This document shows, piece by piece, positions 9,821 through 19,648 of a DNA stretch of 64,000 nucleotides. The notes under the pieces are model-generated. The model was not told where the DNA came from. It made no database searches and saw only the letters and a program-made list of their open reading frames with translations. Each line of letters begins with the position of its first letter. The first letter of the stretch is position 1. The stretch is from a virus: the IMG/VR virus record IMGVR_UViG_3300032265_002475, positions 5-64,004 of that record; one strand, 5' to 3'. A program made the position numbers and the translations under genes.

Positions 9821-10281
9821 TATAATTTATTGATTTTTAAACGTAAAGTACCATTACCTTTAATAAGACGATGCCAATGGTGCTTTTGTATAAATATTGG
9901 AGTATTTAGTGATGTTGGTAATTCTTCATCGAGTTGTATTTTCCAATCTGTTTTTCCTATAATTTCTACAATGCGGGATTCATTATCCAGATGCCAAAGA
10001 AGTTCAATTGGATCTATATTTTCGTTAAATTCACGAATAATATATTTGTTTGTAACTTCTATGTCTTTATATGGTCTTTTGCTAGTTAAATTTTCAGACG
10101 TAGATGACTTTTTTTCTTTTAATCTAGTAACTTTAACATATGACATTCCATCTTTTGATGCAAATGGAGTACCAAATGTAGTATTATATTCACTTTTAGG
10201 ATATGTACTAGAATACCAACGTATTTTATTTTGTAATTGAAGTGAAGTGTCTGCTTTTAATATAAAAGTTATTGAATCCAT
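9820..10281 (-). CDS. hypothetical protein
   Basis: ORF, 1-nt overlap with upstream gene. Confidence 0.5.
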   Translation of the reverse strand: MDSITFILKADTSLQLQNKIRWYSSTYPKSEYNTTFGTPFASKDGMSYVKVTRLKEKKSSTSENLTSKRPYKDIEVTNKYIIREFNENIDPIELLWHLDNESRIVEIIGKTDWKIQLDEELPTSLNTPIFIQKHHWHRLIKGNGTLRLKINKL

Positions 10282-10297
10282 AGTTTAGATTTTATTA

Positions 10298-11131
10298 TTA
10301 TAAGTTAACTCCTAATCTTTTTACAAATCTTTTATACAAAGTTGGTTTAGTTGACCACATTTTCATCTTCATTAACTCACTCTCATATTCTTGTTCTATC
10401 TTTGGATAATTTTCGGAGGTCCATTCTGCATTAGAAAAAAACCAAGGCATTTGTTCATATTTTTTATCTGCTAATATGTTCTTTATATCTTTAGATTTTA
10501 TATCTGAAAGAAGATTATTTAATAGATTTCTGTAATTAGGATGTTTTTTTATGTTGGTAGTTACTTTGTTAACTAGTGGTGCTGTAAATGCATCAAACTC
10601 CCAAGGTGATTTTATATATTTTTCAAAATTTTTATCAAACTCTGATTTGATAGCTCCTAAATTTGATTTATCTATAGAACGTGCAAATTTATTTCCTAAT
10701 GGTTCTACTCCTTTCTTAGCTATACGTTGATAAACATTATTATTTCTTAATTTAGGATCCATAGCATGAACTAATTCATGTTCTATTGTTTCTTTAAAGT
10801 CTTCATATTCTATAGGATAAGCTAAATTAATTAAAAAAATATCTGCTTGTGTATCCATACGAGCAACACCAGCATCTTTTGGATCATTATAAAATCCTAT
10901 AGTTACTAATAGGTCTTGGTTTTTAAGATCTTTTAATTTAAGATAATTTTTAAATTTAGGATCAATATATGGGTGATTATAATCTAATCCATTTGATTCT
11001 GATTTTAATTTTTCTAAATTTTTAGAAATATAATTATATATCTCTTTAGATTTTGATAAAACTTCCTGAGGAACTTTTACTATATCTTCATTGATATGAA
11101 TTTTTTTTAATATGTCTATAAGTTTAATCAT
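10298..11131 (-). CDS. MIKL-leader protein with HExxH (zinc-metallopeptidase-like) motif
   Basis: start moved to internal ATG at 11129-11131 giving MIKLIDILKK, right after the stop of the upstream gene at 11133; IEHELVHAMDP motif. Confidence 0.5.
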   Translation of the reverse strand: MIKLIDILKKIHINEDIVKVPQEVLSKSKEIYNYISKNLEKLKSESNGLDYNHPYIDPKFKNYLKLKDLKNQDLLVTIGFYNDPKDAGVARMDTQADIFLINLAYPIEYEDFKETIEHELVHAMDPKLRNNNVYQRIAKKGVEPLGNKFARSIDKSNLGAIKSEFDKNFEKYIKSPWEFDAFTAPLVNKVTTNIKKHPNYRNLLNNLLSDIKSKDIKNILADKKYEQMPWFFSNAEWTSENYPKIEQEYESELMKMKMWSTKPTLYKRFVKRLGVNL

Positions 11132-11132
11132 A

Positions 11133-11378
11133 TTATTTATCTTTTTTAGGCATAAACCAGTTTGAACACCATTTTGAAGGATCTTTAATTTGATTGCCTT
11201 CATTGTCTACTAATTCAGCAGTACCCATGTATTTTTGATATTGTTTATTAGAACACATGTGTTTTTCATCTTTCATATAATGAAATTTACAAACATGACA
11301 ACCAAAGCCTATTGGTGAGTACATATAAGGAACATATTGTTCCTCTTTTTTTTCATTTAATAAATCTATTAATTTCAT
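11133..11378 (-). CDS. small Cys/His-rich protein (MKLIDLL leader variant)
   Basis: listed ORF 11133-11507 overlaps the upstream gene by 128 nt; internal Met gives MKLIDLLNEKKEE... starting 2 nt after the upstream stop; CHVCKFH...HMC cluster. Confidence 0.45.
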   Translation of the reverse strand: MKLIDLLNEKKEEQYVPYMYSPIGFGCHVCKFHYMKDEKHMCSNKQYQKYMGTAELVDNEGNQIKDPSKWCSNWFMPKKDK

Positions 11379-11379
11379 A

Positions 11380-11760
11380 TTATTTAGTTTTACCCCATTT
11401 TTTACCTTTACCGGGTGTTTTACATTGTGTTGGTGTAGGACGACATGATGGATATTTAGAGCGTATTTCACCTTTTTTTCTACCACATGCTTTACATTTA
11501 CCATCATGGCATGTATTACAATCTACCCAACCACCTTCTTTACCAGGTGCTCCTTTACGTTTAAACCAAGTACGAAGTGTTTCTTTAGTTTTTTCTTTAA
11601 TTAATTCGTCTTCTTTTAATCCTTTCCAAATATTACCTTTACGGCATCTAACAATAGCACCTGATTTATAAGCAGATGGTTTATCATATTTGCGATCTGC
11701 TATACGCTTACAGCGATCTTCTAATAATATTTGTTTTAATATATTTGTAAGTTTAATCAT
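11380..11760 (-). CDS. MIKL-leader basic Cys-rich protein (possible zinc-binding)
   Basis: MIKLTNILKQIL; CxxC/CxxxC clusters; Lys/Arg/Gly-rich tail. Confidence 0.55.
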   Translation of the reverse strand: MIKLTNILKQILLEDRCKRIADRKYDKPSAYKSGAIVRCRKGNIWKGLKEDELIKEKTKETLRTWFKRKGAPGKEGGWVDCNTCHDGKCKACGRKKGEIRSKYPSCRPTPTQCKTPGKGKKWGKTK

Positions 11761-11778
11761 TTAATACTATTTAATTTA

Positions 11779-12276
11779 TTACCAATAATATGTAATACCA
11801 CTACCAGGTTGAAATTTATTCCATCTAATACGATAATGTTTATGTTTTTTTGGATTATATCTTGTACTTGGTCTTACATCACCAGGTTTATTATTGTAAG
11901 CATCTCTAGTTTTAATTTTATCATATGTATAATATTTTTGAATTTCACATGATTGTAAAAATATTGAACTTGCTATTATTAATGTAATAATATTTAATAT
12001 AGAACCATTAATTTTAAATTTAAATTTATCCCAGAATTCAATTAAGAATTTATTGAATTTACTAATTTCTAATTCTTTAATATTGTTATTAATAGTTTCA
12101 ATTTTTTGTTGTTCTGTCATTGAATTAATTTTCTTTTCTATTTCTTTTAAATCTTCATTATTTAAAGTAGATTTTAATTTATTCCAATATTCTGTTAATT
12201 TATTAATAATTAAATTTTCATTTAATTGTTGATTTTCAAAATAAATATCTTCTATAAGTGTTGTTAATTTAATCAT
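11779..12276 (-). CDS. MIKL-leader protein with one predicted transmembrane segment
   Basis: MIKLTTLIEDIYF; hydrophobic ILNIITLIIASSIFL stretch. Confidence 0.55.
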   Translation of the reverse strand: MIKLTTLIEDIYFENQQLNENLIINKLTEYWNKLKSTLNNEDLKEIEKKINSMTEQQKIETINNNIKELEISKFNKFLIEFWDKFKFKINGSILNIITLIIASSIFLQSCEIQKYYTYDKIKTRDAYNNKPGDVRPSTRYNPKKHKHYRIRWNKFQPGSGITYYW

Positions 12277-12668
12277 TTTTGGTATTGTTTATTATGTTCA
12301 ATATATTTATCTATATCTTCTTGTGTATACCCTAATAATTTTCCTATTTGTCTAGAATCTTCTTCAGTAGCATCCCATGCTAAATATCCACCATATTTTT
12401 CAGCTATATCTTTCAATTTATTAGCTTCTGATTCTGCTCCTTTTCTAAAATAAATGTATGCTTCTGATGGATTACCGTTAACTTTTAATGTTTCTAATTT
12501 ATGTTTACGAATAGTATTCCAAAATATATCTTCAGGTATAGTTGAACTTTTTAAAACCATCCATCCCAAATTTCTTTTACCATCTATAACGGTTTGTAAA
12601 GCACTTTCATCTCTATAAGCTTCATAATCTCTGATTTCTTCTTTTAATAAATCTATAAGTTTAATCAT
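12273..12668 (-). CDS. MIKL-leader hypothetical protein
   Basis: MIKLIDLLKEEIRDYEAY; start/stop coupled. Confidence 0.55.
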   Translation of the reverse strand: MIKLIDLLKEEIRDYEAYRDESALQTVIDGKRNLGWMVLKSSTIPEDIFWNTIRKHKLETLKVNGNPSEAYIYFRKGAESEANKLKDIAEKYGGYLAWDATEEDSRQIGKLLGYTQEDIDKYIEHNKQYQK

Positions 12669-13039
12669 TATATTGTAATTTTTTCTGCTTTAGCGGCTGC
12701 TTTAAACATTCTTACACCTTTAATTTTTTTAATATCTGCTATAAGTTCTTCAACTTGAGGTTGACCAAATCCTCCTTTTCCAATAAATGGATGTGGATCT
12801 ATTTTTACAGTTAAATAAATATAATAATTTTTATTTTGATACATTTTTTCATCAGAAACATATTCTGTTGCTTTTACAATTGTTACTCCAGGTAATGAAC
12901 GAATATCTGATAAAATATCTGCTTGATTTCTTTCAGTTAAATCTGTAATTAAAATGCCTTTTAGTTTATAATTTATACTGCTTTCTTTAATTAAAGCAGT
13001 AATTAATTTTTCTGTTAAGTTATTTATTAAATGTTTCAT
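12668..13039 (-). CDS. hypothetical protein (MKHLINNL leader variant)
   Basis: ORF, coupled. Confidence 0.5.
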   Translation of the reverse strand: MKHLINNLTEKLITALIKESSINYKLKGILITDLTERNQADILSDIRSLPGVTIVKATEYVSDEKMYQNKNYYIYLTVKIDPHPFIGKGGFGQPQVEELIADIKKIKGVRMFKAAAKAEKITI

Positions 13040-13353
13040 TTTACGTTATACTCGGTATTTTCTATTTTTAATTTACTAATAGTATTTAAGTTTACAGCTC
13101 TATATTTTTTCTTTTGAACATCAAATAATATTATCAACCCATAATCACTTGGATTATAAGGCAATTCTCCACCTTTTAAATATGATTTAACTCCTAAACG
13201 AGCATTCATTACTCTTGTAGTACCATCTTTTTTAATAAATGTAACTGTAAAAAATTTACCTTTAGTAGCTTTTATCATTTTTTCAGCGTCTGCTTTTGAA
13301 ATGGTAGTAACTTGTTCTAATAGTATATTTTTAAGTATTGATAGTAATTTCAT
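13036..13353 (-). CDS. hypothetical protein (MKLLSILKNIL leader variant)
   Basis: ORF, coupled. Confidence 0.5.
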   Translation of the reverse strand: MKLLSILKNILLEQVTTISKADAEKMIKATKGKFFTVTFIKKDGTTRVMNARLGVKSYLKGGELPYNPSDYGLIILFDVQKKKYRAVNLNTISKLKIENTEYNVK

Positions 13354-13364
13354 GTTAATAAATA

Positions 13365-14117
13365 TTAAGAACCCATAGATTCATATTTACTTTGTGAAAC
13401 TGTATGGTATTTACCGCAGTCAACACATTGTAATTGTATTCTATATGTTCCTATAGCTGAAATACGTTTCTTTGAAAATTTCATATTATTTAAACCACAT
13501 TCTGGGCAGGAACAATCTTCACCTCCATTTATTACACCATGATGAGTTTTTGCTGGGATATGTGTTGATAATTCATTATATACTCTTTCTAAGATATTAA
13601 CATCTTCTTTACAGTATTTAACCATATGTTCTAATGATTTTTTATCTTTATCAAGTACTATTTTTTTCCATAAATCATAACCAGTATGGATTTTTTTACC
13701 TAAACCTAAAAATTGAGCAATATAATCTAATTTATTACTGTTAAATCTAAATTTAGAACGAGCATATTTTAAAGTATCTATTGTTCCATAATTTGGAAAC
13801 ATTGATATTCTATGGAATAAACATCTTGTTCTAATCCAAGCTAAATCAAATTTATCTCCATTATGTCCTACTAATTCATCAGCTTCATTTGCTATTTTTA
13901 CAAATGATTCTAACATTTTTTTATCATTTTGATTAGCATCCCATGCTAAAAAGTGAGTTGTTTTTTCATCAGCCCACTTATATGCTATGCATATAATTGC
14001 TCTTTCTCTAATAATGCTTTCAGGACTGATTGTTTGTTTATAACCAGCAGACCAAAAAAGCCCTATATTTGGACTAGTTTCAATGTCAAAGAATAATCTT
14101 TTTACTTTTTTACCCAT
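13365..14117 (-). CDS. DEDDy-type 3'-5' exonuclease with C-terminal zinc ribbon
   Basis: Exo I FFDIETSP, Exo II VGHNGDKFD, Exo III YCKED; C-terminal CSCPEC...CVDCGKYH. Confidence 0.55.
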   Translation of the reverse strand: MGKKVKRLFFDIETSPNIGLFWSAGYKQTISPESIIRERAIICIAYKWADEKTTHFLAWDANQNDKKMLESFVKIANEADELVGHNGDKFDLAWIRTRCLFHRISMFPNYGTIDTLKYARSKFRFNSNKLDYIAQFLGLGKKIHTGYDLWKKIVLDKDKKSLEHMVKYCKEDVNILERVYNELSTHIPAKTHHGVINGGEDCSCPECGLNNMKFSKKRISAIGTYRIQLQCVDCGKYHTVSQSKYESMGS

Positions 14118-14160
14118 AAATGTTTTTTTTTAATTTAAAATTAGAGATAAGGTTCTCTTA

Positions 14161-15006
14161 TTACCAATATCCTGAAAATGAACCTTTGAGACCTAAAAGT
14201 TTAGAGAAGCGAGGTAATCTACATGCCCAATAACGTGCTGTTGTTTTATCTTTTGCATCTGCGCATCTTTGTCTTTTTGCAAATGCTTGACGCGCTTTAG
14301 GATTATTTATTTTTGCTTTTAAGCCTGTTGTGTCACCAAAACTTACTTTTTTAATTTTTTTAGTTTTTGGATTACGAACATAAACATAAAATTTCTTAGA
14401 ACCTCCACGATGTGGTTTATTTAATGGAGGATGTTTTTTATCTTTTGCTTCATTTAATTCTTTACCTATAATAGAATCATAATCATCCATTGTAAGTGTT
14501 TCACCTTCAGTACTTAATTTTGTTATTTTTTCAGTTACTGTATGTAAATCCATATCTGTTTTAGCATCTTCACGAGCATATTCTAATAAACGAATAAATA
14601 AAGGAATATCCATAGATATTGTATCTATTGGATTTTCTTCTTCCATTGGATAATCTAATGGGACTTGTTGGCCTTCATAAATTCCAAATTCACCTGTATT
14701 TAAATCACGTAATAATTCCTCATCATCACCTTTTACATTTAAAACATTTCTAGAATATAAACTTCTAGCTTCTCTTAATAATGAGAAATACTTTTCTGAA
14801 CCTGCTCTATAAACAGACTCATGTAATGGTAATTTATTATTTAAATGATATTGTAAACCTTCAGATAATATAGGTTTAACTAATAAAGATTCATTTAAAC
14901 TTATTTTAGGTTTTGAATGACATGTATTACATCCACAATCACATGACTTTTTAGGAATGTATCCGTTTAATTTTTCCTTTATAATATTTTGTATATTTTT
15001 ATTCAT
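14161..15006 (-). CDS. hypothetical protein with N-terminal Cys cluster and basic C-terminus
   Basis: CDCGCNTCH; KKHPPLNKPHRGGSKKFYVYVRNPKTKK. Confidence 0.5.
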   Translation of the reverse strand: MNKNIQNIIKEKLNGYIPKKSCDCGCNTCHSKPKISLNESLLVKPILSEGLQYHLNNKLPLHESVYRAGSEKYFSLLREARSLYSRNVLNVKGDDEELLRDLNTGEFGIYEGQQVPLDYPMEEENPIDTISMDIPLFIRLLEYAREDAKTDMDLHTVTEKITKLSTEGETLTMDDYDSIIGKELNEAKDKKHPPLNKPHRGGSKKFYVYVRNPKTKKIKKVSFGDTTGLKAKINNPKARQAFAKRQRCADAKDKTTARYWACRLPRFSKLLGLKGSFSGYW

Positions 15007-15515
15007 TATGCTGTTGGTTCTTCAGGTGTTGTTTCTTCAGGTGGTGTAGTTGTTGGATTTTCGTTTGATGCTATTTCAGCTGGAGATAAAGGTTCTGGTT
15101 CTGTTGATTTTGGAGTAGTAGAATTAGGTAATTCTTGATACCCATATCTTAATATTCTTGCTATTGCTTTTATTGCTCTTTCTTCTTCAGGAATATTTAA
15201 TAAATAAAATTTCTTACCTTCTACTTGAGCAATCCAAGTACGTTCAGTATTAATTAAAAAGAAATATTGATTATTTTTTAATGTAATTCTAAATGTAGTT
15301 GGTTTTGGAGCTACCCATAAAATATTAGATACAAATAAACCATAATCTTCAGTTAACAAATCAACTAAAACATCATGTAATTTTGGAAATGAATTAATTA
15401 TTTCAAAACCTGGTGATTCTGGTTTATTTGTAGATGTAGATTGGTCTTGATCTGTTTTTAAGACAGCATCTCGTACAATATTTTTTATTTTATCTTTTAA
15501 AATATTTGTTGCCAT
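15006..15515 (-). CDS. hypothetical protein with disordered Thr/Pro/Glu-rich C-terminus
   Basis: ORF; 1-nt overlap. Confidence 0.5.
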   Translation of the reverse strand: MATNILKDKIKNIVRDAVLKTDQDQSTSTNKPESPGFEIINSFPKLHDVLVDLLTEDYGLFVSNILWVAPKPTTFRITLKNNQYFFLINTERTWIAQVEGKKFYLLNIPEEERAIKAIARILRYGYQELPNSTTPKSTEPEPLSPAEIASNENPTTTPPEETTPEEPTA

Positions 15516-15525
15516 AATTATCTAA

Positions 15526-15894
15526 TTAATTAGATACTGATTTTGGACCTGATGGTTTAGCTGTTTGTGCTATATATGTTCTACTAAAGAATGTTAATGT
15601 ATTACCAATTTGGTCAATTAATTTTTCATCTCCTAATTGTTTAGCAGCTTCATGTGCATCTAGTAATAATTTTTCAATTTTATTAAGATTATCATCTCCA
15701 AAATTACTATTAGATGTAGTATCTAAATTCATTTTAGGTTCAGGAGTATTAGTATCAGGCATATCCATTTCTATATCTGTATCAGGCGTGTCTAATTCAG
15801 GTGTTTCATCCTTAGATTTTTTCTTTTTAAGTTTTTTCTTTTCAAGTAATGGATTATTATATAAAAATCCTTTTAAATCAAAATTATCTATCAT
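15526..15894 (-). CDS. small acidic hypothetical protein
   Basis: ORF; Asp/Glu-rich. Confidence 0.45.
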   Translation of the reverse strand: MIDNFDLKGFLYNNPLLEKKKLKKKKSKDETPELDTPDTDIEMDMPDTNTPEPKMNLDTTSNSNFGDDNLNKIEKLLLDAHEAAKQLGDEKLIDQIGNTLTFFSRTYIAQTAKPSGPKSVSN

Positions 15895-16520
15895 TTTTTT
15901 ATAATGTTTGTATATAAATATGTGTTAAGTATAGTTCCTATAGCTGACGCTTTATTTTGTAAATATTTAATTTCTATATCTGTTAAAGTTTTTTCACTTT
16001 TGCAAAATTCAATACCTAATGTGCCTAAAAATTGTTCTTGTAAATTATATAATGAAAATACATAACTTGATTTAGTTTTAAATTCACTACAGTAATTTTC
16101 TAAACCAAATGTATTTAAATTAGAATCATTATATGTTGGTATTTTAATAATACGGTTATCATATAATTCAGCTAATGGTTTAACAAATAATGAAGTTGGA
16201 ATATTAGAGAATGTTTCTTTTATAGTTTCTGTATTAGGTGTAACATGTTCATAGAATATTGAAAATTTCTGTATTGACTTACCTGTTGGATAAAAGTTAC
16301 CACCATTATGGAATTGTGATATCCAGACTCTGTCAGCTTCTACTTCATTTAAAATAATATCTAACTGATCATCTACTTGCTTATTAACTTCTAATGATTC
16401 AAAAATAGGATCAGTTTTAACAGGTTTATGAATTTTTTTTCTAAAAAATTCTATTAATGCAGGACCAAATACTGATGTTATTAATGCTACAATTATTGGG
16501 AGGGTATATTGACTGTTCAT
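15891..16520 (-). CDS. membrane-anchored hypothetical protein
   Basis: N-terminal hydrophobic helix LPIIVALITSVFGPALIEFF. Confidence 0.5.
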   Translation of the reverse strand: MNSQYTLPIIVALITSVFGPALIEFFRKKIHKPVKTDPIFESLEVNKQVDDQLDIILNEVEADRVWISQFHNGGNFYPTGKSIQKFSIFYEHVTPNTETIKETFSNIPTSLFVKPLAELYDNRIIKIPTYNDSNLNTFGLENYCSEFKTKSSYVFSLYNLQEQFLGTLGIEFCKSEKTLTDIEIKYLQNKASAIGTILNTYLYTNIIKK

Positions 16521-17089
16521 CTTTTTAAACTTTCTAAATATTTAATTGATTCTTGTAAATTTTTTTTTATTTGTTCTTCATTTAATCCACCATTCCAATT
16601 TTCAATTTCTCCATTTTCTGTAATAAATGATTTATTTTTTGTTTTAATTTCACTAACTGTCCACTCGGTAAATTCTTTTATTAGATTGTCTATTTCTTGA
16701 TTGTGTACTGATTTTTCATATTCTTCCCATTTACCTTCTATTTTAAGTTTTGTTTCAAATTCAGTAACACAATTTAAACACATTTTATGTACATTAAAAA
16801 AAGGTTTATCTATATGTGTTTTCATTAATCTAGAACATTTAGGACATAATAATGGTAAAACATGTAATTTTTTAATTTCATCAAACTTAGTAATATTTTG
16901 TTTTATACCATTTTTAATTGTCCAATTACGACCATTTTCTTCCCAAATATCTCCTTCAGTATGATTTTCATATTTTTTATTATACCCTACACCTACAGTT
17001 GTTTTAGCACCATATTTACCGGTTACTAAATTACGTAGACGTTCAACATCTCTTTTTTCAAATTGTTTATTCAAAACATTATTTCCCAT
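16517..17089 (-). CDS. zinc-ribbon hypothetical protein
   Basis: CPKCSRL...CLNC. Confidence 0.5.
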   Translation of the reverse strand: MGNNVLNKQFEKRDVERLRNLVTGKYGAKTTVGVGYNKKYENHTEGDIWEENGRNWTIKNGIKQNITKFDEIKKLHVLPLLCPKCSRLMKTHIDKPFFNVHKMCLNCVTEFETKLKIEGKWEEYEKSVHNQEIDNLIKEFTEWTVSEIKTKNKSFITENGEIENWNGGLNEEQIKKNLQESIKYLESLKR

Positions 17090-17486
17090 AAACTATATCT
17101 TTGTATATTTTTAATAACTTAGTTTCCTTTATAGATTTTTTAGTTTGAGCTACACGTATACTCATTTTATTACCTGTAAAGTTTTTTATTTTATTGAATA
17201 CGTTTTTTTCTTCATCCCCACCAACTAAAACAATCATTTCATTACTTTCTAATCCTGGGATTAATTTAATGTATGCTAGTGCTTTTTCTTTATTTGATGG
17301 TGAGTATAAGTAAGCAACGTCAATTTCTTTTTCACCTTGAATAGTTTTTAATGATTCTTTTTTCATTGAAACTATTGCTTTTTCTATACCTTTATTATTG
17401 TTTGAATTAGCAAGAAAATTGTTTTTAATATTATCTACAATTTTATTTAATTCTTCTTTTGAATCAGCTGTAATTAGTCCTTTCAT
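17079..17486 (-). CDS. hypothetical protein
   Basis: ORF. Confidence 0.5.
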   Translation of the reverse strand: MKGLITADSKEELNKIVDNIKNNFLANSNNNKGIEKAIVSMKKESLKTIQGEKEIDVAYLYSPSNKEKALAYIKLIPGLESNEMIVLVGGDEEKNVFNKIKNFTGNKMSIRVAQTKKSIKETKLLKIYKDIVYGK

Positions 17487-17872
17487 TATTTTTTATTTTT
17501 TATTGAATCTTCCCAATTTCTAAACATTATGTTACCTTTTAAATATGCTTCTTCTTCTAATTTTTTCAAATTATCATCTTCATTAGTATTTGTAGTATTA
17601 ATATTTGTTAATCTACCTTGATTATCTTGTTCACGGTGAACCATTTCATGGGTAAATGAACGTAAAATATCTTTTGGGTGTCTTCCTAACGTATATAAAG
17701 TTATTGAAGTATCTTCAGGATTATAATATGCTGTTTTACCTAAAATTCTACCAGCATTGTCAATATCATCATCTATTATTTTTACTTTAGGTAAAGGTTT
17801 AATATCCATTCCATGTTCTAATATGTACTTAGTTAATAACGTTATTGCTTCTTTAAAATCCATATTTTTCAT
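17486..17872 (-). CDS. HExxH-motif protein (putative metallopeptidase-like)
   Basis: FTHEMVHREQD. Confidence 0.4.
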   Translation of the reverse strand: MKNMDFKEAITLLTKYILEHGMDIKPLPKVKIIDDDIDNAGRILGKTAYYNPEDTSITLYTLGRHPKDILRSFTHEMVHREQDNQGRLTNINTTNTNEDDNLKKLEEEAYLKGNIMFRNWEDSIKNKK

Positions 17873-17890
17873 ATGTATAAATATTGTAAA

Positions 17891-18679
17891 CTAATCTTTT
17901 AATTGAAGAGTCATTGGAAAACTATTCAACATTGGTTCAGGATTAGGATTTTCAAGTTTAAAGATATCATAAACTTTCTTGAATAATTCAAAATTTTCAT
18001 TAATATTTCTAGGTGATTCATATAATTCCCACCCTTTACCTTGAATTTTTCCACCTTTTTTATCTTCACCACGTTTAGATGATTTTAACCATAAAATCCC
18101 TACTTTATCAATTTTTTCTTCATATAATTCATCCCAAGCTTTAGCGTACGCTGCTAACTGTAAATCATAACTAGTGTGTAGTGAATTTGAAGTTTTCATG
18201 TCAATTATCCATTTTTCACTATTCATTTCTACTATTAAATCACTTGTACCTGCAAATTTATATTTGTCTGAGAATAAATGTATTTCAGATTCTATTAATG
18301 TTGGTTTACATTTTGTCCAAAATTCATCAAATTTTAAAACCATTTTCCAAACTTCAAACGGACATTTAATATGTCCATTTTCATCTATAAATGTTAATTT
18401 TTCGCCTTTTAAATAACGTTCAATTAAATCATGTGTTTGTGTGCCTTCATCAGCTGCTTTTGCTACAATTATATCTGCGTTGTGTCCTACATCTTTTAAC
18501 CATGATTCAAAAAATTTACCTTTAGGCATAGCTTGTAATATACTTGTTACTGATGGGTAATATTCTCCATTTCTTTTATAAAACCTATGATCTAAAAAGT
18601 CAATTCGTTGAAGTTTTTCATCTATTTGTAATAAACGTTTAACATATTTTTTATTAATATTTTGTCCTTTTTCTAACAT
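17891..18679 (-). CDS. PD-(D/E)xK-family nuclease (phage exonuclease / Cas4-RecB-like fold, no Fe-S cysteines)
   Basis: YYPSVTSIL motif I-like; GTSDLIVE and IIDMKTS resemble hhhD and D/E-x-K. Confidence 0.45.
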   Translation of the reverse strand: MLEKGQNINKKYVKRLLQIDEKLQRIDFLDHRFYKRNGEYYPSVTSILQAMPKGKFFESWLKDVGHNADIIVAKAADEGTQTHDLIERYLKGEKLTFIDENGHIKCPFEVWKMVLKFDEFWTKCKPTLIESEIHLFSDKYKFAGTSDLIVEMNSEKWIIDMKTSNSLHTSYDLQLAAYAKAWDELYEEKIDKVGILWLKSSKRGEDKKGGKIQGKGWELYESPRNINENFELFKKVYDIFKLENPNPEPMLNSFPMTLQLKD

Positions 18680-19611
18680 AATTCTAATTTTTTAGCTATT
18701 AGAGTTGAATACTCTAATTTTTTTGTTTTTTGTATAATTTTAGTAAATTCCTCAAATCCAATTTCTGATGGGTCTTTACCATTTAATTCAACCATGTAAA
18801 TTTCTTTACCTTGAGACATTAAATATTCACAATGTTTATATGCTTCAGTTTTTGCATCATCATCTAAAGCAATGTAAATCTTTTTTACAGAAGATAAAAC
18901 TAATTTTTTTAATAAAGCTGGTTGTAATATTTTTCCTAATAATGGAATTGCATTTCTTTTTATTGCCATGGCGTCAAATATTCCTTCACATAATATAATT
19001 GGAGAATTCCAATTAATATTTAATTCAAACGGTATAATATCTCTAGATATTTTAGGATTTTTATATTTTGCAAATGCGTCTTTTTCAAATGATCTTGTTA
19101 TAAAGTAATTTAACTTACCATTTTTATCGTATGATGGTATAACTATTCTATTTTGATACTCACCATAATCACAATATCCTATATTATATCTTTTAATATC
19201 ATTTTGTGTTATATTACGTGATTTTAAATATTTTAAAGCATGTTTTAATGTTAAATTATTACTCACAGTATCTAACGATTTAAATTCTTTAGGTAATTCT
19301 ACAGTTGGCAACGCATTTAACTTAATAGTAGTTACGTTGTCTTTTGTGGATTTTACGATTTCTCTTAATTCATTAAGCCTATTGTGATCTACATCTATCG
19401 TTTTAAATAACGTGGTTAAACGCTTACCTTTAATACCACAAACCCAACATTGATATGATTGAAAAAATGGAGAATTTTCATCACAGTTAATTTCTAATTT
19501 TAATTTATGATGTCTACATTTAGGACAATGGTATGCATAATTACCCTTAGAAGTAGATTTACCTACTCCTAATTGTGTATTAAGAAGATTTATAAGTATT
19601 TGATTTACCAT
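18673..19611 (-). CDS. DNA primase (zinc-ribbon plus TOPRIM)
   Basis: CPKC...CWVC zinc finger; CEGIFDAMA and ALDDDAKTE TOPRIM motifs. Confidence 0.6.
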   Translation of the reverse strand: MVNQILINLLNTQLGVGKSTSKGNYAYHCPKCRHHKLKLEINCDENSPFFQSYQCWVCGIKGKRLTTLFKTIDVDHNRLNELREIVKSTKDNVTTIKLNALPTVELPKEFKSLDTVSNNLTLKHALKYLKSRNITQNDIKRYNIGYCDYGEYQNRIVIPSYDKNGKLNYFITRSFEKDAFAKYKNPKISRDIIPFELNINWNSPIILCEGIFDAMAIKRNAIPLLGKILQPALLKKLVLSSVKKIYIALDDDAKTEAYKHCEYLMSQGKEIYMVELNGKDPSEIGFEEFTKIIQKTKKLEYSTLIAKKLELC

Positions 19612-19613
19612 TT

Positions 19614-19648
19614 TTATAAAGGTAAAAAAGAATTTTTAAGAAGCCAAA
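19614..19648 (-). promoter_or_regulatory. weak copy of the recurrent promoter element upstream of primase
   Basis: ataaaggtaaaaaagaatttttaagaagccaaa. Confidence 0.3.

Noticed and set aside
11133-11507. 128-nt out-of-frame overlap between ORFs 11133-11507 and 11380-11760 as a programmed frameshift site
   Set aside because: The overlap disappears if the downstream gene starts at the internal MKLIDLL Met, which matches the family leader and abuts the upstream stop. No slippery heptamer was noted.
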